Source: Geopsychrobacteraceae bacterium
GTDB lineage: Bacteria > Desulfobacterota > Desulfuromonadia > Desulfuromonadales > Geopsychrobacteraceae
Length of the DNA: 64,000 nucleotides
NCBI GenBank assembly: GCA_963662315.1
Contig: OY759353.1
Span: forward strand, 416,001 to 480,000
Direction: 5' to 3'
Of this stretch, positions 37,267-47,755 are shown piece after piece. A program made the translations under genes and the position numbers. Each line of letters opens with the position of its first letter. Within the stretch, counting starts at the first letter, position 1. The notes under the pieces are model-generated. The model did not search any database, had not been told where the DNA came from, and was given only the letters and a program-made list of their open reading frames with translations.

Positions 37267-39423
37267 ATGATAACTATTGAATCTATATGTGAACAATTAA
37301 GTGAATATTTTCCTGCTGTCGATACTGCACTCCTTGCGTGTGCAGGTGAGTTTTGTCAGCGGGCCCACCATGCGCAGAAAACCCCGGATGGGCGCGACTA
37401 TCATCAGCATCCCTTTGAAGTTGCATCGATTTTAGTCAGGCTCAAGGTCGATCAGGCGACTATTCTGGTGGGACTTCTACATGATACCCTCACTACAGGT
37501 AAGGTCAGTAAAGAGGATATTGCCAGTGTTTTTGGTAGTGAAGTCCTTGATCTTATTGAAATCGGCAATAAAATCAGTAGTATTCCCTATCGTCAAAGTA
37601 ATCAGCAGCAAGTCGAGAGTTTCCGCAAAATGTTTATCGCTATGGCAAGGGATATGCGCGTTGTGTTGGTGTATCTTGCGGACCGCCTTAGTGATATGCG
37701 GACGGTTTTTCATCTCGATGAAGCGCAACGGGTCGCCTATTCACGGGAGACTCTTGAAATTTATGCGCCTCTGGCCAATCGGCTTGGTATCAGTTGGTTG
37801 AAGGGTGAACTGGAAGACCTGTCCCTTAAGGTTTTGGAGCCTGACAAATATGCAGAGCTTGAAGAGAGTATCAGCGCGCATAAAGAAGAGCGTAGCGAAT
37901 ATGTCTCAAATGTTAAAGATGAAATAGAAAAGCTTCTGGTTGATAATCAGATTAGGGCAGAAGTTTCAGGACGGCCTAAGCATTTTTATTCTGTTTTTCG
38001 CAAAATGGAGCGCACCGGGGTTGATCTCGACCAGATCTATGATTTGATCGCTTTTAGGGTTTTGGTTGCATCTGTGCGTGAATGTTATGAAGTCCTGGGG
38101 CTTGTTCACTCGGCATGGAAACCGATTCCGGGTCGTTTTAAAGATTATATTGCCATGCCCAAATCGAACATGTACCAGTCGTTACATACGACGGTCATAG
38201 GTCCTTTTGCGGAACGTATGGAGGTGCAGATCCGTACCTTTGATATGCATCGTATTGCTGAAGAAGGGGTGGCGGCTCACTGGAAGTATAAGGAAAATGG
38301 AGTTGTTTCTGTTTCCGGACGTGATGATCAGCGTTTTAACTGGTTGCGTCAGGTTGTTGAATGGCAGCGCGATGTCAGCTCCAGCTGGGATGGTGCAAGC
38401 CCGGAATCGATTAACCTGTTTCCTGAAGAAGTCTATGTCTTTACCCCTGATGGCGATGTCAAGGAGCTTCCGGCAGGGTCATCACCTATCGATTTTGCGT
38501 TCGCTGTTCATACCGATGTCGGACGTCAATGTATCGGAGCGCGAATCAACGGCAAACTGTGTCCCCTTAAGACCGAGCTTAAAAATGGAGACATTATTGA
38601 GGTTTTGACCTCGGCGAATCAGAATCCCAGTAAGGATTGGCTGTCCATAGCCAAGACCTCTAAGGCCAGAAATAAAATTCGTCAGTGGATCAAGGCTGAA
38701 CAACGCGAAAAGAGTATTCAGATCGGCAAGGAGTTGCTCGAAAAAGAACTGCGGAAGTATCTGTATAGTATGAAACGTGCCATGGGGCTGCCCTCTTTTA
38801 GCGCGGCTATTCAGGCTTTGGGTTTTAAGGCCTCTGATGACCTGTTTGCTGCGGTTGGCTATGGAAAGTTGTCTGCGGGGCAGGTGGTTTCCCATATTCT
38901 TCCGAAAGAAGAGTTAAAGACAACTGCCGCAAAATCCGGCCCGCTGGGTAAGGTGCTTGAAAAATTCAGTCGCCGTAAATCTCAGAGTGCCATTCTTATC
39001 GGTGGAGTCGATAATGTCATGGTGCGTTTTGCCAATTGTTGTAACCCGTTGCCGGGAGAGCCCGTCGCAGGCTTTATCACCCGGGGGAGGGGGTTGACGG
39101 TACATACCAAAGACTGCCCTCAGGTGCTTGCCAGTGACCCGGATCGTCGTATTGACGTTGAATGGGATATGCAGAAGAAAACGACCCGTCCGGTCAAGAT
39201 TCAGGTCGTCTGTAATGATCAGAAGGGGATGCTGGTTGGCATTTCGACCGCAATAAGTAATGCTGATGCCAATATTGTCAATGCTACGGTCCATACGCGG
39301 GGAGACCGTAAGGGGATGAACCTTTTTGAGGTTGATGTTGAAAATCTTGAGCACTTGAACCGGGTGGTTCGTGAAATCAAGAAAGTGAAGGGAGTTATCC
39401 GGGTTGATCGTTTGCGAAACTAG
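37267..39423 (+). CDS. relA: Long RSH (p)ppGpp synthetase, Rel/SpoT family, with degenerate hydrolase motifs (start uncertain)
   Basis: YAPLANRLG, RFKDY, YQSLHT, EVQIRT, TGS, CCNPLPG and ACT; follows rpoZ. Confidence 0.93.
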   Translation: MITIESICEQLSEYFPAVDTALLACAGEFCQRAHHAQKTPDGRDYHQHPFEVASILVRLKVDQATILVGLLHDTLTTGKVSKEDIASVFGSEVLDLIEIGNKISSIPYRQSNQQQVESFRKMFIAMARDMRVVLVYLADRLSDMRTVFHLDEAQRVAYSRETLEIYAPLANRLGISWLKGELEDLSLKVLEPDKYAELEESISAHKEERSEYVSNVKDEIEKLLVDNQIRAEVSGRPKHFYSVFRKMERTGVDLDQIYDLIAFRVLVASVRECYEVLGLVHSAWKPIPGRFKDYIAMPKSNMYQSLHTTVIGPFAERMEVQIRTFDMHRIAEEGVAAHWKYKENGVVSVSGRDDQRFNWLRQVVEWQRDVSSSWDGASPESINLFPEEVYVFTPDGDVKELPAGSSPIDFAFAVHTDVGRQCIGARINGKLCPLKTELKNGDIIEVLTSANQNPSKDWLSIAKTSKARNKIRQWIKAEQREKSIQIGKELLEKELRKYLYSMKRAMGLPSFSAAIQALGFKASDDLFAAVGYGKLSAGQVVSHILPKEELKTTAAKSGPLGKVLEKFSRRKSQSAILIGGVDNVMVRFANCCNPLPGEPVAGFITRGRGLTVHTKDCPQVLASDPDRRIDVEWDMQKKTTRPVKIQVVCNDQKGMLVGISTAISNADANIVNATVHTRGDRKGMNLFEVDVENLEHLNRVVREIKKVKGVIRVDRLRN

Positions 39424-39517
39424 ATCGTTATTGATTTGAGCTTTCATTCGTTACTATTTGGTGTTGCTGTGGACAATTCGTCATGTTGGTTATTGCTAAA
39501 TTGGAAAAGAGGTCTTT

Positions 39518-39901
39518 ATGAGTCTTGATATTATTTCGACCGGTAGCGCTCCTGCAGCAATTGGTCCTTATTCTCAGGCGGTAAAAGTTGGTGATTTTCT
39601 ATACTGTTCAGGGCAGATTCCGCTTGATCCCCAAACCGGTGAAATTGTCAGTGGTGGAATCGTTGAACAGACGGAGCAGGTTATGACGAATATTGGTGCC
39701 GTGCTCGCTGCTGCTGGTGCTGATTTTGGTAAGGTGGTTAAAACGACAATATTTATGCAGGATTTGAACGATTTCTCGGCTGTTAATAATATTTATGGTC
39801 GTTTTTTCAGTGGACCGGCTCCTGCTCGGTCTACGGTTCAGGTTGCTGGGTTGCCGAAGGGGGCTTTACTTGAAATTGAAACGGTTGTTTATCTTGGATA
39901 A
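39518..39901 (+). CDS. ridA: RidA/YjgF family enamine deaminase
   Basis: APAAIGPYSQA, SGQIP and PARSTVQV..LP. Confidence 0.93.
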   Translation: MSLDIISTGSAPAAIGPYSQAVKVGDFLYCSGQIPLDPQTGEIVSGGIVEQTEQVMTNIGAVLAAAGADFGKVVKTTIFMQDLNDFSAVNNIYGRFFSGPAPARSTVQVAGLPKGALLEIETVVYLG

Positions 39902-39945
39902 TTGTTGATACGTCAATTGAGACGTTTTGCTTCCTTTAATAAACG

Positions 39946-39989
39946 ACAAAAAGGGGATACCTACTTGAAGTAGTATCCCCTTTTGTTTT
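39946..39989. terminator. Bidirectional terminator between ridA and rpmB
   Basis: AAAAGGGGATAC...GTATCCCCTTTT. Confidence 0.8.
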
Positions 39990-40009
39990 AATCGATCTCG
40001 GATGGTAAA

Positions 40010-40201
40010 TCAGACGACTTTCTGAACTTTACCAGCGCGGATACAACGGGTACATGCTTTGATTGTTTTAACAGAGCCATTCTGAAGAGCACGGACCTTC
40101 TGCAGGTTAGGGCTCCAGACCGTACGGGTTTTGTTGTGAGCATGGCTGACGTTATTTCCGGTAACGGGCTTTTTCCCGCAGACTTCACATTGCTTTGACA
40201 T
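40010..40201 (-). CDS. rpmB: 50S ribosomal protein L28 (Cys-containing form)
   Basis: CEVCGK...[11 protein letters not shown]...PNLQ...CTRC. Confidence 0.96.
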   Translation of the reverse strand: MSKQCEVCGKKPVTGNNVSHAHNKTRTVWSPNLQKVRALQNGSVKTIKACTRCIRAGKVQKVV

Positions 40202-40278
40202 CTCTTCAATCCTCCTGAAAGTTTCGAACGCGCATTGTTATCACATTTTTTGGAACGATGCAAATGATTTTAAGACTT

Positions 40279-40731
40279 TTATTTGGTTATCTTGTCATCG
40301 CTGATGACCGTTAGGCCATGGCTGCTGAGCAAGGCAGCTGTTACGCCGTTACCCCGGATTAATTCATGATTCAAGTAGACAGTGCCAAATCCACACGAAG
40401 GGCTACGCTGCTGCAATATTGCTGTTTTGGCATTACAAAGAAGTGCGATCTTTAACGCTTCTTGTGCGCCGGTCAAAAAGCGTAAGGTGACATCTTCTCC
40501 CATTTCGTTATGTAGAGATCCAGCTTCAGACAATACTCTGTCCCCGTCCCCCTGGGTAAACCAACTTTTCGCTCTGGGCGTTGGCAAACCACCGAGTTGC
40601 TCTGGACAAATAGGTACTGCGATCAGTCGATTGTCTCTGATGTAGTCAATAATGCTCTGGTTGAGCTTATATCGGCCATCATAGCGGCTGCAGATTCCCA
40701 GCAGGCAACTGCTGACAAGGACAGTATTCAT
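40279..40731 (-). CDS. DUF523 / 2-thiouracil desulfidase family protein
   Basis: VSSCLLG..RYDG, CPEQLGGLPTPR and RSPSCG. Confidence 0.88.
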   Translation of the reverse strand: MNTVLVSSCLLGICSRYDGRYKLNQSIIDYIRDNRLIAVPICPEQLGGLPTPRAKSWFTQGDGDRVLSEAGSLHNEMGEDVTLRFLTGAQEALKIALLCNAKTAILQQRSPSCGFGTVYLNHELIRGNGVTAALLSSHGLTVISDDKITK

Positions 40732-40744
40732 ATCTAATTATGCT

Positions 40745-41401
40745 TCAGATGTTAAGGGGTGGATTGATGACAGCCGTGGGGAGTTCCTTGCTGTTTTTGA
40801 TGGTTACTCTGCGACCATCTATCAAAACACGCCCTTCGGCGATCCACTGAATAGCCTGAGGGTAGGCTATGTGCTCTTGTTCGAGAATTCTTGCGGCCAG
40901 AATATCCTCGTTATCATCGTCATGGATCGGCACCACAGCTTGAATTATAATCGGTCCACTATCAACGCCACCATCAACAAAATGGACTGTACAGCCACTG
41001 AAGCGGGCTCCATATTCAATGGCTTTCCGGTGGACACGCAAACCGGGAAATGCCGGGAGTAGCGAAGGATGAATATTGATGATTTTCATAGGATAAGCCT
41101 GAAGAAAAACATCGGTAATAATCCGCATAAAGCCGGCAAGGACAACAAGCTGTGTGCCGACTGCGTGCAGGGTTTTAACGATTTCCTGATCAAATTCCTC
41201 ACGCGAACTGAATTGTCTGTGGTCGATGCACGCAAAAGGGATCCCTGCCTTTTGGGCACGTTCAAGGGCGCCGGCTCCTGGATTGTTCGATACGACCAGA
41301 ACAATTTCAATGTCCAGTTTTCCCTCAGCGGTCTGGTCAATAATTGACTGCAGGTTCGTTCCACCACCTGACGCAAGTACTGCCACTTTCAGTTTCTGCA
41401 T
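40745..41401 (-). CDS. purN: Phosphoribosylglycinamide formyltransferase
   Basis: SGGGTNLQ, NIHPSLLP and GCTVHFV. Confidence 0.96.
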   Translation of the reverse strand: MQKLKVAVLASGGGTNLQSIIDQTAEGKLDIEIVLVVSNNPGAGALERAQKAGIPFACIDHRQFSSREEFDQEIVKTLHAVGTQLVVLAGFMRIITDVFLQAYPMKIINIHPSLLPAFPGLRVHRKAIEYGARFSGCTVHFVDGGVDSGPIIIQAVVPIHDDDNEDILAARILEQEHIAYPQAIQWIAEGRVLIDGRRVTIKNSKELPTAVINPPLNI

Positions 41402-41420
41402 GATATTGATGGCTCACTCT

Positions 41421-42464
41421 TTAAATAAGTTCAACAACAGCTTCTTCTGAAGGAACTATCTCACCAATAAGATATGCTTCATCATCCATTCCGGCAAGTC
41501 TGCCAATAATATCTTCGCTATCTTTAGGGGAGACAATAAGAACCATGCCGATGCCGTAGTTGAAGGTCCGGTACATTTCGTTTTCAGGAATATTGCCACC
41601 GGCGCGTAACATTTCAAAGATAGCCGGTTTTTCCCAACTGTCTTTATGGATAACCGCTTTACAGTGTTTAGGCAGGACTCGTGGAATATTTTCTACCAAG
41701 CCGCCGCCGGTAATGTGGGCAATCCCTTTTAGCTGGAAGTCTCGCATCAAGTTAAGAATGCTCTTCACGTAAATGCGGGTCGGGGTCAGCAGGATTTCAC
41801 CGAGGGGTTTGTCGAAACCTTCAGGAATCGCATGAAGGTCAAGCTTCATGGCGTCCAGGAAGACCTTTCGAGCCAGAGAAAAACCGTTTGAATGGAGCCC
41901 GGTCGAGGCAATCCCAATGATATGGTCCCCTTTGGTGATGGTTGACCCGTCGATGATTTTATCATTATCTACAACGCCTACCGAAAAACCAGCCAGATCG
42001 TAATCATCATTGTGGTACATGCCAGGCATCTCGGCGGTCTCTCCGCCCAACAGTGCGCAGTTGGCCTGTTTACATCCTTCGGCAATCCCTTTGACAATTT
42101 CAACAGCTTTTTCAGGATAGAGTTTTGCTGTAGCCAGGTAATCGAGGAAAAACAGGGGTTCTGCGCCCTGAACGATAATGTCGTTAACGCACATGGCAAC
42201 CAGGTCAATACCGACTGTGTCATGCTTATCCATCTGAAATGCCAGTTTAAGCTTGGTACCTACACCGTCTGTTGCGGATACCAGCACCGGACGCTGATAT
42301 TTTGAGCTGTTCAATGAGAACAGCCCACCGAAGCCGCCAATGTCTGCAAGAACTTCCGGCCTTGCGGTTTTTTTAACAATGGGCTTAATGAGGTCGACAA
42401 AGTGGTTTCCGGCCTCAATGTCGACACCAGCATCTTTGTATGTAATTGGGGTTTTATCGCTCAC
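41421..42464 (-). CDS. purM: AIR synthetase
   Basis: YKDAGVD, DGVGTK and GGETAEMPG. Confidence 0.97.
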   Translation of the reverse strand: MSDKTPITYKDAGVDIEAGNHFVDLIKPIVKKTARPEVLADIGGFGGLFSLNSSKYQRPVLVSATDGVGTKLKLAFQMDKHDTVGIDLVAMCVNDIIVQGAEPLFFLDYLATAKLYPEKAVEIVKGIAEGCKQANCALLGGETAEMPGMYHNDDYDLAGFSVGVVDNDKIIDGSTITKGDHIIGIASTGLHSNGFSLARKVFLDAMKLDLHAIPEGFDKPLGEILLTPTRIYVKSILNLMRDFQLKGIAHITGGGLVENIPRVLPKHCKAVIHKDSWEKPAIFEMLRAGGNIPENEMYRTFNYGIGMVLIVSPKDSEDIIGRLAGMDDEAYLIGEIVPSEEAVVELI

Positions 42465-42691
42465 GTTCTGACTCCTTACCAGTGAAAATGGTCGGCATTA
42501 GACCACTGCCATCATTGTGTTGTCAATGCAAGATGATGGCCTGCGGTCGAATTATCCAGATTCTTTTACCGTTGAAGCCAATCAATGTGTGAAACTTATG
42601 ATGCTTTTTCTGTATCTTGAGATGGTAAATATGATATTTTCTGCAAGAATTTTATCCCACAAACATAAACTATCTTAACACGAAAAAAAAG

Positions 42692-43150
42692 ATGTTGGTT
42701 GAGCTCTCTACTGAAAAAATTCGTAAAGTTGGTTCGCTGGATCTTGATGAAATCCTGCTAATCGAAAAAAGCTGCTACGTCCAACCCTGGTCATATGAAA
42801 TGTTTGCTCAGGAACTGGAAAACCCTGTCGCAAATTTTATTTGCTATGTCGAAAATGCAACCATTTGTGGCTATTTATGCTATTGGTATGTCGCTGGTGA
42901 AATAGAAATTCTCAATGTGGCTACAGCTGTTAATAAGCAGCGCTGCGGCATCGCCAGAGCTTTGCTTGAATTTGCTTTTAGCCAGGCGGATCAGTCAGAA
43001 TTAACCGGTGCCTTTCTTGAAGTCCGTTCCGGAAATAGTGGTGCTATCGCACTATATGAAAAAGTCGGGTTCCGAAAAATCGGTATAAGGCAACACTATT
43101 ATCGTGATGGTGAAGATGCCATCCTGATGGGGAAAGATTTCACCCTGTAG
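42692..43150 (+). CDS. rimI: Ribosomal protein N-acetyltransferase
   Basis: ILNVA, LEVRSGNSGAIALY and YYRDGEDA. Confidence 0.88.
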   Translation: MLVELSTEKIRKVGSLDLDEILLIEKSCYVQPWSYEMFAQELENPVANFICYVENATICGYLCYWYVAGEIEILNVATAVNKQRCGIARALLEFAFSQADQSELTGAFLEVRSGNSGAIALYEKVGFRKIGIRQHYYRDGEDAILMGKDFTL

Positions 43151-43191
43151 TCGTTATTGCGGGTGTTGTTATAAAACATAAGGAGAAATGA

Positions 43192-44031
43192 ATGAAAAAT
43201 CACAAGACGGTGATTTTGTCTAATCAGGAAATATCGCCAGGTTACTATCGGATGAGAATTCTTGCGCCGGATTATACAAAACTTGCCAAACCTGGACAGT
43301 TTGTCATGTTTCGCCTGCAGAAATCTGAACAGCCGTTATTAAGGCGCCCTTTTGGGATATTTAGGACAGGTTTTATGCCTGCTGATTGCGAAACCATGCC
43401 CCCCAAAGAATTTGTTGAGCTTGTTTACAAGGTCGTTGGAAGCGGCACCGAAATAATGCAGCGTCTGCATCAGGGCGATCAGGTCGAACTGCTCGGTCCT
43501 CTTGGCAAAGGATTTGAGCCCGGTGACCCTGCCGAGGAAAAAATTTTGGTGGGCGGCGGAATTGGCCTGGTGCCATTATATATGCTGGCTGAAAAGCTGG
43601 TAGATACCTCCAAGGTGAGATTGCTAATGGGGGGACGTACTCGCGATGACATTATCACCGTGACTGAATTTGAACGCCTTGGTGTTGAAACGTATGTCTC
43701 CACTGAAGATGGCAGCCTCGGTGAGCGCGGGCTGGTGACCCAGGTGCTGGAGCAGAAGCTTTGTGAACCACAAAATAAATCGGTTTTCGCCTGTGGTCCG
43801 ATGCCGATGATTAAAGCTGTTGAAAAAATTTGTAAAAGTCACAATGTGCAGCTCCAGGTGTCACTCGAAGCTCTGATGGCATGCGGTGTAGGGGCCTGTC
43901 TGGGATGCGTTGTCAAAGGGGCCGGCCATAGCGAAGAAACTCCCAGTTATCTTTGCACCTGTAAAACCGGGCCGGTTTTTAAATCAGGTCAGCTTGATTG
44001 GAGTGATGATGAGGAAGGGGGACGGTCATGA
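43192..44031 (+). CDS. pyrK: Dihydroorotate dehydrogenase electron transfer subunit
   Basis: LLRRPF, GPLGKGF, ACGP and MACGVGACLGC. Confidence 0.93.
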   Translation: MKNHKTVILSNQEISPGYYRMRILAPDYTKLAKPGQFVMFRLQKSEQPLLRRPFGIFRTGFMPADCETMPPKEFVELVYKVVGSGTEIMQRLHQGDQVELLGPLGKGFEPGDPAEEKILVGGGIGLVPLYMLAEKLVDTSKVRLLMGGRTRDDIITVTEFERLGVETYVSTEDGSLGERGLVTQVLEQKLCEPQNKSVFACGPMPMIKAVEKICKSHNVQLQVSLEALMACGVGACLGCVVKGAGHSEETPSYLCTCKTGPVFKSGQLDWSDDEEGGRS

Positions 44032-44966
44032 TCAAGCGTAAAGAGAAAATTGCCCGGCCCAGCCTCGAAGTCGACATCGCCGGTCTTAAACTGCGTAACC
44101 CAGTTATGCCTGCCTCCGGTACTTTTGGCTATGGTGAAGAGTATGCTCCTTATCTCGATCTCAATAGCCTGGGGGCAATTGTCACCAAAGGTCTGTCGTT
44201 AAACCCGAAAGCCGGTAATAAAACACCACGTATTTGTGAAACGGTTAGCGGCATGCTTAACGCGATTGGCCTGCAGAATGTTGGCATCGATGTGTTTATC
44301 AAGCATAAAATGCCGTTCCTGAACCGTGTGGATACTCCCGTTATTGTCAATTTTTTTGGTAATACCCAGGAAGAGTATGCAGAAATTGCGGCCCGGCTGG
44401 ATGATCTTGAGGGGGTTGCAGCCCTTGAAATGAATATTTCCTGTCCGAACGTCAAACATGGTGGTATCGTTTTCGGGACCGAAGCAAAAGCTGCACATGA
44501 TGTTATTTCACTCGTTCGCAAAAGGACCAGTAAACCCCTTATCGTTAAGCTGACCCCTAATGTAACGGATATCAGGGTGACGGCCAGGGCGGCGGAGGAA
44601 GCTGGTGCTGATGCCTTGAGTCTGATTAATACTCTGACCGGCATGAGCGTCAACATTAAAACCCGGAAACCGGCACTGGCAAACACTATCGGGGGGCTTT
44701 CCGGGCCGGCGATCCGACCTATTGCAGTGCGTCTTGTGCATCAGGTTGTACAGACAGTCAAAGTCCCGGTGATTGGCGTCGGCGGGATCTCTTGTGCTGA
44801 AGATGCTCTTGAATTCCTGATTGTCGGCGCCAAGGCAGTGCAGGTTGGTACTGCCAACTTTGTTGACCCCAACGCAATGGAAACAGTTATTCGCGGACTT
44901 GAGGACTTTTGTCTCGCAGAGGGGATTGCTGATATAAACGAGATTATCGGAACTCTTCAGGTGTAA
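44028..44966 (+). CDS. pyrD: Dihydroorotate dehydrogenase, family 1B
   Basis: ASGTFGYG, NISCPNV, VKLTPN and GGLSGPAI. Confidence 0.96.
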   Translation: MIKRKEKIARPSLEVDIAGLKLRNPVMPASGTFGYGEEYAPYLDLNSLGAIVTKGLSLNPKAGNKTPRICETVSGMLNAIGLQNVGIDVFIKHKMPFLNRVDTPVIVNFFGNTQEEYAEIAARLDDLEGVAALEMNISCPNVKHGGIVFGTEAKAAHDVISLVRKRTSKPLIVKLTPNVTDIRVTARAAEEAGADALSLINTLTGMSVNIKTRKPALANTIGGLSGPAIRPIAVRLVHQVVQTVKVPVIGVGGISCAEDALEFLIVGAKAVQVGTANFVDPNAMETVIRGLEDFCLAEGIADINEIIGTLQV

Positions 44967-45000
44967 TACTGAGCGGTAATTTATCTGTTATGATGGATCT

Positions 45001-47649
45001 ATGGACGTTATTGCCACTCATGTGAATGCAGATTTTGACTGCCTCGGTTCTATGATTGCCGCCCGGCGACTGTATCCCGAGGCCGCCCTCGTTTTTCCCG
45101 GTGGGCATGAACGTGGTTTGCGTCATTTTCTCATCCAGAGTACGCTTTACGCCTATAATATCAAACGTGTTCAGGATATTAACCTGGAGGAGGTGACGCG
45201 CCTGATTTTGGTAGATGTCCGTAACATCCGACGCATTGGAGCTCTTGCGGATATTATTGACAGGCCTGGGCTTGAAATTCACATTTACGATCATCATCCA
45301 GAAGATCCGAATACGTTGCATGGAAGTCTTGAAAATATCCAGAATGTTGGGGCTACAACAACAATCCTGACCGGAATTTTTCAACAGCAGGGGATTGTTC
45401 CCGATCCTGAAGAGGCAACAATGATGATGCTCGGTATCTTCGAAGATACCGGGCATTTATTGTTCAGCGGTACTACGCCGGAGGATTACCAGGCAGCTGC
45501 TTTTCTGCTGGAACACGGAGCGAACCTTAACACGGTCGCTGATTTTCTGGTTCGTGAAATGACTCATGAACAGGTGAGGCTGTTGAACGAACTGCTGACC
45601 TCTTGCCGTCAGAAACTGGTCAACGGGGTTGACGTCTCGCTAGCGCACGCATCCGTTGACTATTTTGTTGGGGATATTTCCAGTCTGGTTCACAAGCTTA
45701 AAGATATTGAAAATCTTGATATTCTGATAGTCGTCGTCCGCATGGAAGACCGTATCTTTGCCGTCGGTCGCTCGCGTGTGCCAGAATTGCATGTTGGGGA
45801 AATGTTTCAGGATCTAGGAGGGGGAGGCCATGCCTATGCGGCTTCTGCGACCATTCGGGATATGCCACTGGCCCAGGCTCTTGACCGTATCGAGAGCTTG
45901 TTGGAAAAACATGTCCGGTCTGCTGTCTCTGCACGCAGATTGATGTCCAGCCCTGTGATGACCCTGGCGCAGCAGGACAGCGTCGAAGCCGCCAGGCAAC
46001 TGATGACCCGGTTTAACTTTAATGCGGTGCCGGTTGTCGATGCCGACCGCAGTGTTGTCGGTATTGTTACCAGGCAGATTGTTGAAAAAACCATTTATCA
46101 CCGTTTGTCCAAGATTAACGTATCTGAAGTTATGAATAGTGATTTCAGGACGGTTACCCCTGAGGCCTCTCTTGTAGAGCTCAAGCAGGCTATAATCGAA
46201 TTTAACCAGCGGTGTTTACCTGTTATCGATGCTGGTTCGCTGGTTGGTGTCGTTACCAGGACTGATTTGCTTAAACATCTGTTGGCTGGACCGGACGGGT
46301 CGCCTGACGGCCCCAGCGAATATCTGCAAAAACGTGGTGGCGACCTGAAACGTAAAAATCTACAGCGATTCATGAGCTCCCAATTGCCAGATTCTGCAAA
46401 GATTATTCTCCGTCAGTTGGGGGAGGTGGCTGATCGACAGAAGTGCAGAATCTTTTTGGTTGGCGGGATTGTTCGCGATCTTTTGTTGCGTCAGCCCAAT
46501 CTTGATATCGATATTGTCGTTGAGGGGGATGGCATCGCATTTGCCCAGTCTTTTGCAAAAATATTCATGTGTCGGGTGCGTCCCCACGAAAAGTTTGGTA
46601 CGGCAGTGATTGTTTTTCCGGACGGTTTTAAGGTTGATGTCGCATCGGCCCGGTTGGAATATTATGAGGCTCCAGCGGCCTTACCTAAAATTGAATATGC
46701 ATCGATTCGCCATGATCTGGCCCGGCGCGATTTTACCATTAACACTCTGACCATAGCCCTCAACCAGGATTCCTACGGGCAGATGTTTGATTTTTTTGGT
46801 GGGCAGAGGGACCTGAAAGACAAAGCTATCCGGGTTCTGCATAATTTAAGTTTCATTGAAGATCCGACACGATTGTTCCGTGCCGTACGTTTTGAACAGA
46901 GGCTTGGCTTCAAAATTGGTGCCCAGACTGAACGCTTGATGAAAAGTGCTGTGCGCATGAATCTGGTTAAGAGGCTGGGCGGGGCACGGATTCTGAATGA
47001 ACTGGAACTGATCCTAAGTGAGGTACATATTCTGCCGGCACTAGAACGATTGCATCAGTTTGATCTTCTTAAGTATATCGACAAAAAAATCAAATTCGAC
47101 CCGGCCTGTCGCCAATTGTTGATTGCTGCAGGGCGGGCAAGTAACTGGTTCGACCTCCTGTATACAGGGGAGACATGCCACCGCTGGCAGCTTTATATGC
47201 TGTGCTTGTTTAACCGTCAATCTGAGGCCAGTGTTAAGCGCACAGTTCAGTGGCTGGGTATCAAAGGGCGTGACTATGCTCTGTTTGTTGATCAACGGGA
47301 GCGGGCCCTGGCTCTGCTGAAGCAGCTCGGTTGTCGTAAAAAAAGCTTGGCAGAGCCCAGTAATAGTGCTCTGTTTCAGTGGTTTTCTGGTCTGCGACTG
47401 GAAATTCTTCTGTTTGTAATGGCTGCGGCTCCTGATGAAAGTGTCAGAAAGTGGGTGTCTCGTTACGTTAACACTTTGAGACATACCAAGGTTTTATTGG
47501 ATGGTAAGGACCTGATTGCGCTTGGGCTGAGTCCTGGATACCGCTTCAGAGAGGTCTTTGATGCTCTCCTTGAAGCACGGCTCAATGGCGCTGTGGAAAC
47601 CAAAGCCGATGAGCTGGAGTTGGTCAGGAAACTGTTTTCGGGACCCTGA
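45001..47649 (+). CDS. tRNA nucleotidyltransferase with N-terminal DHH/DHHA1 and CBS domains (A-adding or CCA-adding type)
   Basis: THVNADFD, DHH, GGGGH, CBS pair, VGGIVRD..DIDIV, RRDFTIN and EDPTRLFRAVRF. Confidence 0.9.
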   Translation: MDVIATHVNADFDCLGSMIAARRLYPEAALVFPGGHERGLRHFLIQSTLYAYNIKRVQDINLEEVTRLILVDVRNIRRIGALADIIDRPGLEIHIYDHHPEDPNTLHGSLENIQNVGATTTILTGIFQQQGIVPDPEEATMMMLGIFEDTGHLLFSGTTPEDYQAAAFLLEHGANLNTVADFLVREMTHEQVRLLNELLTSCRQKLVNGVDVSLAHASVDYFVGDISSLVHKLKDIENLDILIVVVRMEDRIFAVGRSRVPELHVGEMFQDLGGGGHAYAASATIRDMPLAQALDRIESLLEKHVRSAVSARRLMSSPVMTLAQQDSVEAARQLMTRFNFNAVPVVDADRSVVGIVTRQIVEKTIYHRLSKINVSEVMNSDFRTVTPEASLVELKQAIIEFNQRCLPVIDAGSLVGVVTRTDLLKHLLAGPDGSPDGPSEYLQKRGGDLKRKNLQRFMSSQLPDSAKIILRQLGEVADRQKCRIFLVGGIVRDLLLRQPNLDIDIVVEGDGIAFAQSFAKIFMCRVRPHEKFGTAVIVFPDGFKVDVASARLEYYEAPAALPKIEYASIRHDLARRDFTINTLTIALNQDSYGQMFDFFGGQRDLKDKAIRVLHNLSFIEDPTRLFRAVRFEQRLGFKIGAQTERLMKSAVRMNLVKRLGGARILNELELILSEVHILPALERLHQFDLLKYIDKKIKFDPACRQLLIAAGRASNWFDLLYTGETCHRWQLYMLCLFNRQSEASVKRTVQWLGIKGRDYALFVDQRERALALLKQLGCRKKSLAEPSNSALFQWFSGLRLEILLFVMAAAPDESVRKWVSRYVNTLRHTKVLLDGKDLIALGLSPGYRFREVFDALLEARLNGAVETKADELELVRKLFSGP

Positions 47650-47755
47650 ATCCAGGTCGAGTTGACCGATTTAATTAAGTTGATTAAACTGTGCAGGGCT
47701 AAAATCATCCTGTGGTTGTGGCTGGCTACGAAACCCCTCTTATATAAATGGATTT

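Noticed and set aside
42465..42691. ZTP or PRPP riboswitch upstream of purM
   Set aside because: A promoter-like TTGACA lies close to the start, leaving a short leader, and no consensus motif is visible.
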